A DNA stretch of 24,059 bases from Candidatus Eiseniibacteriota bacterium (GTDB lineage Bacteria; Eisenbacteria; RBG-16-71-46). The notes under the pieces were generated by a model, which made no database searches, was not told the origin of the DNA, and saw nothing but the letters and a program-made list of their open reading frames with translations. Positions 1-10,152 of this stretch are shown here, in pieces (positions within the stretch are counted from its first letter, which is position 1; each line of letters opens with the position of its first letter). The position numbers and the translations under genes were made by a program. The stretch is from NCBI GenBank assembly GCA_963725865.1, contig CAVSAC010000005.1, positions 1-24,059 on the forward strand. Reading direction: 5' to 3'.

Positions 1-820
<820 letters not shown>

Positions 821-845
821 ACGTAGTCCACTTGCATCGCATACG

Positions 846-873
846 ACGGCCCCGGGGGCGACCCCGGGGCCGT
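846..873 (+). terminator. GC-rich hairpin after groEL, probable terminator
   Basis: Perfect 12-bp stem ACGGCCCCGGGG/CCCCGGGGCCGT with a GCGA loop, followed by only a weak U-tract. Confidence 0.7.
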
Positions 874-1000
874 TCGCGTTGGTGGCCGCGGCCGGCGCGT
901 CGACGCCACGCCCGGGAGGTCGTGCTAGGCTCGGGCGCTGGATGTCCCGTGCCGCCGTGTCCCCAGCCTCGGTGGCGCCGATCGAGACCGAGGACCTCGG

Positions 1001-2381
1001 ATGAGACCCGCGCTGATCCTGTCCGCGCTGCTGCTGCTCGCCCTGCCGGCGTGGCCCGCCCTCTCCGAGGTGCAGGCGGCCCCGGCACCCGCCGCGAGCG
1101 CGTCGCCGGCCACGCCCGAGATCGCCACGCCGCGCCGCGGCGCCCGGCTCTCCGACACCGAGCTGCTCGACGAGGTGCAGCGGCGGACGTTCCGCTACTT
1201 CTGGGACTTCGGCCATCCGGTCAGCGGCCTGGCGCGCGAGCGCAGCAACGTCACCGACGAGTACGGCAACGAGGTGGTGACCAGCGGCGGGTCGGGCTTC
1301 GGCGTGATGGCGATCGTGGTGGCGACCGAGCGCGGATGGATCACGCGGTCCCAGGCGCTCGGGCGCATGCTCAAGCTCACCGCGTTCCTGATGAGGGCCG
1401 AGCGCTACCACGGGGTGTTCCCGCACTGGATGGACGGCGCGACCGGGAAGACGCTCCCGTTCGGCCCCGAGGACGACGGCGGCGACATCGTCGAGACCGC
1501 CTACCTGTTCGAGGGACTGCTCATCGCGCGCCAGTACTTCGACCGCGCCGATCCCGACGAGACCGAGCTGCGCCGGCGCATCGATTCCATGTGGGGCGCG
1601 GTCGAGTGGACCTGGCACACGCACGGCGGGCGCAGGGCGCTGTGGTGGAACTGGAGCCCGCGCCACCGGTTCGCGATCGACGCGCGGGTCTCGGGCTGGA
1701 ACGAGGCGCTGGTCGCCTACGTGCTCGCGGCGGGCTCGCCCACCCACCCCATCGACGCGGCGACCTACCATCACGGCTGGGCGCGCGATGGCGCGATGCG
1801 GAACGGCCGCGCATACTTCGGCATCCCGCTGCCGCTCGGCCCGGCGTTCGGCGGCCCGCTGTTCTTCGAGCACTACTCGTTCCTGGGGATCGATCCGCGC
1901 GGGCTCCAGGACCGCTACGCCGACTACTGGCGGCAGTGCGTGAACCACACCCTGATCAACCGCGAGCATTGCGTACGGAATCCGAACGGCTTCAAGGGCT
2001 ACGGCCCCGGCGCGTGGGGGCTGACCTCGAGCGACGACGGACCCGGCTACCGCCGACCACTCCCCCACCGACGACGACGGCGTCATCACGCCCTCCGCGG
2101 CGCTGTCGTCGTTCCCGTACACGCCCGAGTACTCGATGCAGGCGCTGCGGCACTTCCACGACGACCTCGGTGAGCGGCTGTGGGGTGAATATGGCTTCGT
2201 GGACGCGTTCAACGCGTCGACGGGCTGGGTGGCGTCGTCCTACCTGGCGATCGACCAGGGGCCGATCGTCGGCATGATCGAGAACCACCGCAGCGGGCTG
2301 CTCTGGAGGCTGTTCATGAGCTGCCCCGAGGTCCAGCGCGGGCTGCGCGCGCTCGGGTTCCGGAGCCCGCACCTGCGCTGA
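1001..2381 (+). CDS. Secreted glucoamylase-family (DUF3131 / GH144-like endo-beta-1,2-glucanase) glycoside hydrolase; frameshift near 2050
   Basis: Signal peptide; [80 protein letters not shown]-terminal YGFVDAFN...[22 protein letters not shown] in the 2136..2381 frame. Confidence 0.88.
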
Positions 2382-2606
2382 CCTCGCCCGCTCGGCTGCG
2401 CGGGCGCCGGGCCCGGGCCTGGCGGCGTGCCTGCGGTCCCCACCGCGCCCGGCGCAGGAGGCTCGGGGCGCGGCTGGGCCGAGGCTGGGCCGAGGTTGCG
2501 CCCGGGGCCGGCTCTCGGGCACAATCTCCCGCCGCAATCGCCGTGGGGAGGCCCTCTGGGGGCCTGCATCCCCTCCGGACGCCGACCCGAAACCAGGAGT
2601 GGTCCC

Positions 2607-3167
2607 GTGATCGCAGCCACCCAGATCCGGGTCGGCATCCTCATCCTGTACAACGGCAAGCCGTACCGCGTCTCGCAGATGGTGCACCGCACGCCCGGCA
2701 ACCTGCGCGGCTTCGTGCAGGCCAAGCTGGTGAACATCGAGAACGGCTCGAACCAGGAGATCCGGTTCACGTCGGAGGACAAGGTCGAGCGCGCCATGCT
2801 CGACGAGCACACGCTGCAGTTCAGCTACAAGGCGGGCGACGAGTTCCACTTCATGAACACCGAGTCGTACGAGATGATCGCGCTCGTCCGCGAGCGTGCT
2901 CGGCGACAACGCCGGCTACCTGACCGAGGGCATGCTGATCACCGCCATCTACTGGGAGGGCCGCGTCGTCGGCATCGAGCCGCCGATGTTCGTGGAGCTG
3001 ACGGTCACCGAGACGACGCCCGAACATCAAGGGCGCCGCGGTGCAGAACACCGAGCAAGCCGGCGATCCTCGAGACCGGGCTCGAGATCAAGGTGCCGCC
3101 CTACATCGAGCAGGGCAACCGGGTGAAGATCGACACGCGCACCGGCGAGTTCGTCGAGCGCCTCTAG
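2607..3167 (+). CDS. efp: Translation elongation factor P (internal frameshifts)
   Basis: AGGAG at 2595-2599 before a GTG start. Motifs HRTPGNLRGFVQAKL, FHFMNTESYE, VELTVTETTP and KPAILETGLEIKVPPYIEQGNRVKIDTRTGEFVER. Confidence 0.95.
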   Translation: MIAATQIRVGILILYNGKPYRVSQMVHRTPGNLRGFVQAKLVNIENGSNQEIRFTSEDKVERAMLDEHTLQFSYKAGDEFHFMNTESYEMIALVRERARRQRRLPDRGHADHRHLLGGPRRRHRAADVRGADGHRDDARTSRAPRCRTPSKPAILETGLEIKVPPYIEQGNRVKIDTRTGEFVERL

Positions 3168-3237
3168 GCGCCCTCCGAACGCCACCTGCGCGGCCGCTCC
3201 GGCATCGGCCGGGGCGGCGTCCGCGTCTGGAGGGGAC

Positions 3238-3945
3238 ATGTCGCAAGCGATCCGCGCGCGCGCCGCGCTGCTCGCCCTGCATCGCCGTCGGATCCCGCGC
3301 TGGCGCGCGCTGCTCGCCGAGGCGCGCGACGCGACGCGGCGCCGCGAGGCCCGATCCGACGCACGACGTCCGCGCACGCGCTGCGCGTGGCGCTGTGGAC
3401 GCTGCGGCTGGGCGGCGACGCCGTGGACGCGCGCGAGGCGGTGGCCGCGGCACTGCTGCACGACGCCGTGAACCTGCCCAAGGACTCGCCCGAGCGCGCC
3501 CAGCGCGAGCGAGCGCTCCGCCGCGCTCGCCGCGCGCGCGGCTCGCGGCGCTCGGCTTCGCGCCCGCGGCGGTGACGCGCATCGCCGAGGCGATCCGCGA
3601 CCACAGCTTCGCCGCGGCGCGGTGCCGCGGACCGCGCTCGGCCGCGCGCTGCAGGACGCCGACCGGCTCGAGGCGCTGGGCGCGATCGGGCTGCTGCGCT
3701 GCGATCGCGACCGGCGTGCGCATGGGCGGCGGCGTGGTTCGACGACGACGATCCGTGGGCGGCAGCGCCGGCCGCTCGACGACGCGCGCTACTCGGTGGA
3801 CCACTTCTTCACCAAGCTGCTCGGACTGCCGGCGACCATGCGCACCGCGGCGGGCCGCGCCGAGGCCGAGCGCCGCGCGGCGCTGCTGCGCGCGTTCGTG
3901 AGCGCGCTGGGCGAGGAGTTGGGCGAGCCCGCGCCGCCAGCGTGA
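3238..3945 (+). CDS. HD-domain metal-dependent phosphohydrolase (YedJ/YpgQ-like), frameshifted
   Basis: [28 protein letters not shown] and [26 protein letters not shown] spread over several frames. GGAGG precedes the ATG at 3238. Confidence 0.85.
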
Positions 3946-3952
3946 TCGGTCA

Positions 3953-4215
3953 CAAAAGAAGACCCCCCGCGTGTCGTCCGACAGGCGGGGGGTCGAAGTT
4001 TGATTGGGAGTGGCATCCTCGGTCCCGGGGGCCGCACCCGGGGTGCCGCTGACGCCGGTCTCCCAATACGCTCGTGTAGATGAGGGTCCTCAGGCGGAGA
4101 TTCCGGTCGTTTCGATTCTTCACGATTCTTGGACGAATCGGCCTTGGGACCCGGCGGCGGAAGCCCTCCAGCCCAGCGGGCGGAGGGGCTGGCCACCACC
4201 GATCTGATGGCCAGA
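3953..4215. ncRNA. Candidate structured non-coding RNA of unknown family
   Basis: Non-coding composition and five consecutive helices: 3961-3970/3985-3994, 4003-4010/4060-4067 enclosing an inner stem, 4084-4095/4141-4152, 4162-4169/4182-4190 and 4190-4195/4208-4213. Confidence 0.5.
3954..3994 (-). terminator. Intrinsic terminator on the minus strand, possibly bidirectional
   Basis: GACCCCCCGC...GCGGGGGGTC stem followed by UUCUUUU on the minus strand. Confidence 0.7.
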
Positions 4216-4219
4216 CCTG

Positions 4220-4249
4220 ATTGTGCCCGTTGACTTTCGCAGCGTACAA
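4220..4249 (-). promoter_or_regulatory. Putative sigma70-type promoter pointing into the structured region
   Basis: Minus strand reads TTGTAC-N18-CACAAT. Confidence 0.35.
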
Positions 4250-4408
4250 CCGCCATCTGGCGCGGCCGTCGGCGCGGTCGAGCCGATCGAGGTTCACCGC
4301 CAGCGAACGGGAGTCCGTGGTCCGCGCCGCGGCGCGGGCCCAGGCCCGAAGTCGACCGCGTCGATCCGGTGGCCCCGAGCGGCGCGCCGATGGGGATGTC
4401 GCGGGGCG

Positions 4409-5609
4409 CTACTCGTTCACCCGCACCAGCTGGAAGAACTCCTCGTTCGTCTTCGACTTGTTCAGGCGGTCGACCAGCTTGAGCATCGCCTCCTGCGGCG
4501 GCATCTGCACGAGGATGCGGCGCAGCGCCTGGAAGGTGCGGACCAGATCGGCCGGATCGATCAGCTTCTCCTCCTTGCGCGTGCCGCTCTTGGCGATGTC
4601 GATGGCCGGGTAGATGCGGCGCTCGGCGAGCTCGCGCGAGAGCACGATCTCGCATGTTACCGGTGCCCTTGAACTCCTCGAAGATCACCTGGTCCATGCG
4701 CGAGCCGGTGTCCACCAGCGCGGTGCCGACGATCGTGAGCGAGCCGCCGTCCTCGATCTTGCGCGCGGCGCCGAAGATCTGCCGCGGCGCCTGCATGGCG
4801 TTGGAGTCGAGGCCGCCCGACATCGTGCGGCCGCCGTTGCCCCGGACGCCGGCGTTGTAGGCGCGCGCCAGGCGCGTGATCGAGTCGAGCAGCAGCACCA
4901 CGTCCTTGCCCTCGATCACCTGGCTGCGCCACCACCTCCATGGCGCGCTCGGCGGTCTCGATGTGCTCGCTCGATGCGACATGTCGCTCGAGGCGGCGAT
5001 GACCTCGCGGGCGTGTTGCGCTTGAAGTCGGTGACCTCCTCGGGGCGCTCGTCCACGAGCAGCGCGTAGACCTCGACGTCGGGATGGTTGTGCGCGATCG
5101 ACGCCGCGATGCCTGCAGGATGCGCGTCTTGCCGGCCTTGGGCGGCGACACGATCAGGCAGCGCTGCCCGCGCCCGATGGGCGCGATGAGGTCGATGGCG
5201 CGGCCGGTGATGCGGTCGCCGTAGGGCGGATTGCCCTGGCCCGGCGGCAGCTCGAGGACCAGGCGCTCGGTCGGATCGAGCGCGACCCCCGCTGCTGCAT
5301 GTCCTGCAGCATCTCGAGACCGCGGCGCTTCTCGCGCCCGCCGCCGCCGCTGCGGGTGCGCCGGCGGCGCTGGCCGCCCTGCGGTCGTGGTCCGCCATTA
5401 CCGGGCGCGGGGCCCTGCCCGGCGTAGGGCTGCGGCGCGGCGTTGCTGAGGGGGTGGCCCCCGCCGCGCGAACGGCGACGGCGACGGCGCGAGGGGCCCT
5501 GGCCCGGTCCCGGCTGGGAGGGCTGCGAGTCGGGCTGCCCCTGCGGATCCATCGCGCCGCCCGCCTGAGCGGGACGGGGACCACGGGGGCGACGGCGACG
5601 CTGTCTCAT
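4409..5609 (-). CDS. rho: Transcription termination factor Rho-like ATPase with a disordered N-terminus and no OB-fold RNA-binding domain (frameshifted)
   Basis: [99 protein letters not shown] and [23 protein letters not shown] lies upstream of the ATG at 5609. Confidence 0.92.
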
Positions 5610-5744
5610 CGAAGTGGCATTCCTCGCGTGTCCGCGGACCTGCCGCGGATGGGACGCGCGCCCGCGCCGAGACGGCACGGTGGTGCCCGGGACACGGGCG
5701 CGTCGGGACGTGCGCGCACCGCCGCTCCTGGCGGCGCACGCGGG

Positions 5745-6181
5745 TCAGCGTTGCTTCGTGCTGCGCTCCATCTTCTCGAGACCGGCCGGTGGATCGAACG
5801 CGCCGGGCGCGGCCGCGGTGACGGAGATGCTCGGTGACACGGTGACGACCTTGAACAGTGGACCACCGCCTTCGGGGCCATCGCGCCGGCGCGCGCCCAC
5901 TCGATCCGGGCCCGCCACCACCGCCCGCTCCACCGATGGCGAGCGCGATGCGCACCGGGACGCCGCCGCCCTCCGCCGTCTGGCGCCCCTCGGCTCCCGC
6001 GACCGCGAGGGCGGTGAGGGTGGTCCCATCTCCGGATCGGCTCAGACCCTCGGAGACCGTCATCTCCTTCACCACGACGTCAGCGCGAGCGGGCGCGACG
6101 AGGACGAGGAACAGCACGAGGGCGGTGAGGCTACCGCGGGAGGAGGGGCCCGGACGCGATGCCGCAGGGCATCCGGTGCAT
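5745..6181 (-). pseudogene. Short secreted protein or degenerate remnant, resembling the two ends of DUF4412-type proteins
   Basis: GGAGG plus ATG at 6181; signal-like [30 protein letters not shown]-terminal [29 protein letters not shown]; frames interrupted. Confidence 0.35.
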
Positions 6182-6266
6182 CGACCCTCCTCGAGATGGC
6201 GTGCGGGGGCATTATCCCCGCGCGCCCGCCGCTTGTCCAGCCTGCTGCACCGGCCGTCGCGCGCGG

Positions 6267-6825
6267 CTAGGTCCCAGCGCCTCCGCGCCACGCGACGTCC
6301 TCGACGCCCGCGCGACGATTGCATCCGCGCGCCATCACGAACAGCAGGTCGGCGAGACGGTTCAGGTAGCGCACCAGGCGAGGCTCGACCGCCTCCTGCT
6401 GGCGCCAATGCCACCACCCGGCGCTCGGCGCGGCGGCACACGGTGCGCGCCACGTGCAGCTCGGCGGCGAGCGGGGAGCCGCCCGGCAGGATGAACGTGC
6501 GCCAGCGGCGCCAGGTCCTGCTCCAGCCGGTCGATGGCCGGACTCCAGCGCGGCGACCTCGGGGTCGCCGAGCGCGGGCGAACCGGGCCAGCGCGGCGGG
6601 ATCGGTCGTCGCCAGCTCGGCGCCGAGCTGGAACAGCTGCGCCTGCACCGTGCCCAGCGTCGGCTCCGTCCAGCGCTCGGGGTCGAGCGCGCGGACGCGC
6701 CGAGCACGGCGTTCAGCTCGTCCACGGCGCCGTAGGCCTCGACCCGCAGCGCGCTCTTGAGCACCCGCGCCGGCCCCGAGCAGCCCGGTGGTGCCGTCGT
6801 CGCCGGTGCGAGTGTAGATCCTCAT
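6267..6825 (-). CDS. PduO/MMAB-type ATP:cob(I)alamin adenosyltransferase (frameshifted)
   Basis: [65 protein letters not shown] and [14 protein letters not shown]. Confidence 0.93.
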
Positions 6826-6943
6826 GCGCGGCAGTCTAGGCGGGGCCCGGGGGCGGCAGCAAGCCGCCTTGCCACACCGGGCGCGCAGGGGCATCATGGG
6901 TGCCCTCTCTCGATGACCGACCTCCACCCCGATCGCGAGGCCC

Positions 6944-9643
6944 ATGCCCGTTCGCGACTCCCTTCCTGCTGTTCTCCGTGGTGAGGTCGCCGCCGATCTC
7001 TCCCCCGACTCGCGCGCGCGACTCGAGACCGATCGCGCACGACGCGCAGTCCGAAGGCGGCTCGCGTGGCGCTGCGCGACGAGTGCGCCGCCCGGTTGCG
7101 CCAGCCGATGCCAGCCTCGGCGTCGACTACCTGTTGGCGGCCATGTGCGCCCTGAATGGCGAGGTCGAGCGCGCGCAGCAGACGCTGCTGCCGCTGGGCG
7201 AGAAGCTCGCCGACGACCAGAAGTGGGAGCCGCTCGCGGCCGTCGCCGAGCGCTCGCTCGCCCTGCTGCAGACGCACGCGGCCGCGCGGCTGCTGGTGCG
7301 GGCGCACGAGGGCCTGGGCAAGGACCCCGAGCGCATCGACGCGCTGTCGCGCGCGTGGGCGATCATGCCCGACGACCTCGAGCTGGCGCTGCTGCTCGCC
7401 GTGCGGCTGGGCGAGGCGGGCCAGGACGACGACCGCCGCGCGCTGCTGGCCGAGCTGGCGCCGCGGTTCGCCGCCGAGGCGCGCTGGGCCGGGCTCGAGG
7501 AGGCGGCGCTCGAGTTCGTCGAGCACGACAACTGGGACGGCCTGCTGGCGCTGGTGCAGGCGCTGCCGCACGTGGCGACGAGGGCGCGCTCAAGGAGGCG
7601 CGACAGCTCGCGGACGATCGTGTTCCCGGGCGTCGCGAAGCTCGGCCGCGCCGCCGCGGCGCGAGCCGCTGCGCAAGGTCGTCGCGATCGCGCGGGGCAG
7701 GATGGACGGCGGCGGCGGAGCCGTTCCGCGACGCGATGTCGAGGCGCTGCGCCAGGGCCCGGCCGCGACGCTGCCCGATGCCGCGGCGGTGCTCGAGCAG
7801 GCCGGCCTCACCGACCGCACGACGCCGCTGCCGAAGCGATCGAGCGCTTCGACACCATCGCGGCGCTCGCGCCCGGGCGGCCGGTGTTCCACTCCACGTT
7901 CGGCGCCGGCCGCATCGCGCGCAACGACGGCGAGCACGTGTTCATCGACTTCGCGCACGCCAAGGGCCACAGGATGCCCTACGCCGCCGCGCGGCGGACG
8001 CTCGCGCCGGTGACCGAGGACGACCTGCGCCTGCTCAGGCCTTCGCGCCCGCCGAGGTGACGCGGATGCGGACCGAGGAGCAGGGCAAGATGGTGGTGCG
8101 CGCGCTCAAGGCGCTGGGCGGCGAGGCCGACGCGCAGCAGCTCAAGGTGTTCCTCATCGGCTCCGACCTCGTGCCCGCCAAGGAGTGGACGACGTTCTGG
8201 CGCAAGGCGCGCGCCGCGGCCGAGAAGGACCCGCGCATCGACCACTCGCGCGCGTTCGAGCAGGTCTACGACTCGCGCCCGAGGGGACGCACGCGCCGGG
8301 CCGACCGCACGCCGCTGCCGGCGCTCGAGGTGCGCAAGCCGGCGAAGAACAACCTCGGTCATGATGCGCAAGTTCCTCGCCCAGCACCCCGGCGCTCGAC
8401 CGGGCGCTCAGGCGCAGCGCTTCGGGCGCTTCATCGCGCGCACGGTGCACGACGAGACGGCGATCGCACCGACCGCGCGCGCGCCGGGCTGTACTTCTCG
8501 CGCTGGTATCCGGAGCGCCGCCACGAGTGGGTCGCGGCGCTGCGCGACCTGTGGGAGCAGGGGCTCGCGATCATCGACCTGCCCACCGAGGACGAGCAGC
8601 TCGCGCTGCTCGCGGAGTCGCGCACCGCGGGGGTCGAGGCCGAGGCGATCCTGTCGGCGCTCGACTCGCGCTTCGCGGCGGTGCGCGAGCCGAGGCCCGG
8701 CCGCGACGTGCTCGACGATGCCGGCGCGCCGAGCTGCGCCGCACGCTGCTCGAGCACGCGCTGCGCTACCCGGCCGCCGTGCTGCGGATGATCGAGGAGA
8801 TCCTCGAGCAGCGTCTCGACGCCGACGACACGTGGCGGCTGTTCCTCGCCGCGCTGCAGCTGATCGAGGAGAAGCCCAAGCCCTCGACCGCCGAGAAGGT
8901 GATGCGCTGGCTCGAGCCCGAGGGCGCGTTCGAGCGCCTCGACGTCGAGCCCTGCCCCGAGGACATGCGGCTGCGCATCCGCGTGCTGCTGCGCCAGTGG
9001 CGCTCCAGCGACCGCTTCCTGTTCCCGGCGCTGGACGCGGTCGAGCGCCTCGGCCTTGCCGAGGAGGCGCAGGCGGTGCTCGACGCACCGCCAGAAGAGC
9101 ACCGACAAGCTGTTCAGAGCGTCGGCGAGCAGGCCGAGGACTTCGACGTGCCGGTCATGACCCGCGCCACGTGGACCAGCTCAAGGCCGAGCTCGACGGC
9201 TCGAGCGCGAGCTGCCCACGCATCCCGCAGACGATCCAGAAGGCACGCGAGCTCGGCGACCTGAAGGAGAACGCCGAGTACCACTCCGCCAAGCTCAAGC
9301 AGGCGAACGCCAGCAGGAGGCGGCCGCGCTCCAGCTGCGGATCACCCGCGCGCGCTTCGTCGAGGACGCCGAGTACCGGGACGGCGTCGTCGGCCTCGGC
9401 ACCGAGGTCGTGCTCGCGAGCGACGAGGAGCTCGTGACCTATTGGATCCTCGGCGACGGCGAGCACCATCTCGGCGACCACGTGATCTCGTTCCAGACCG
9501 CGGTGGGGCGCGCCCTGATGGGGCACACCATCGGTGACGACGTCGAGGTCGGCGAGGGGGAGAAGCGCCGACGCTGGCGCGTGGTCTCGATCGAGCGGCG
9601 CCTGCCCCCGGTCGAGGAGAGCGGAGCCCCCGCGCAGGGCTGA
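6944..9643 (+). CDS. Large (~900 aa) GreA/GreB-family transcription elongation factor with a long helical N-terminal extension (multiple frameshifts)
   Basis: C-terminal [20 protein letters not shown] and YWILGDGE...[23 protein letters not shown]. Internal [11 protein letters not shown]...FIDF and [10 protein letters not shown] segments. Coding-like codon usage runs continuously from the ATG at 6944. Confidence 0.85.
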
Positions 9644-9666
9644 GACCTCGCGGAGTCGGCGGGGGA

Positions 9667-9694
9667 CGGCCACGCTCGATCGCGAGCGTGGCCG
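9667..9694 (+). terminator. Hairpin downstream of the GreA-fusion gene
   Basis: Perfect 12-bp stem CGGCCACGCTCG/CGAGCGTGGCCG with an ATCG loop. Confidence 0.55.
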
Positions 9695-9850
9695 ACTTCG
9701 TCGCCGCTCGCACGCGCCGCGCGATGCGCGTGACGCATGCGCGGTGCGCGACATATGGACGTGACGCGCGCGAGAACCTGAGCGGCGAGCGCTGTCAAGC
9801 GAGCGACTGCCGCGTTCGTCACTTCATCGCGAGACGACGAAAAAACAAGT

Positions 9851-9879
9851 TTGTCGCGCGAGCCATCACGCGCTATGTT
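9851..9879 (+). promoter_or_regulatory. Putative sigma70-type promoter
   Basis: TTGTCG-N17-TATGTT, preceded by an A-tract (UP-element-like AAAAAACAAG). Confidence 0.5.
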
Positions 9880-9885
9880 GCCGGC

Positions 9886-10112
9886 GACGCTTTTGACGGC
9901 TCCCGGCGCACATCGAACACCGCACGAGCCGCGCTGACATCGCATGCATACGCGCCCTTCGATCGAGTATCCCGAGATACTCGGGGTGGGCGGCGAAGAC
10001 ATTGAGGTTTGGCCGCACCGGAAAGGCGATCTGCGGATCGCCCCGTACGCTGGGTCGGAAAGGGATTTCCCGCCGCCCACCCTTCTTCACGCCAGGCAAC
10101 GCCGGCGTGAAG
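9886..10112 (+). ncRNA. Candidate structured RNA (sRNA, or leader of the B3/4 gene)
   Basis: Hairpin 9964-9971/9976-9983; 12-bp closing stem 9984-9995/10071-10082 enclosing a bubble and the apical hairpin 10025-10031/10036-10042; hairpin 10085-10093/10104-10112. Confidence 0.45.
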
Positions 10113-10152
10113 GCCGACGCGCCGGCTGAGCGCGGGCTGGATCCACATCATC

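Noticed and set aside
2472..2495. Tandem GGCTGGGCCGA duplication upstream of efp
   Set aside because: Only two short GC-rich copies, with no evident function.
3950..4297. ORFs 3950..4297 (-) and 4004..4207 (+) as proteins
   Set aside because: No host-like codon bias, no RBS and no recognisable motif. RNA structure explains the region better.
9886..10112. T-box leader or SRP RNA
   Set aside because: No GGUGGNACC antiterminator bulge and no SRP domain IV CAGG-GNRA-AGCAG motif.
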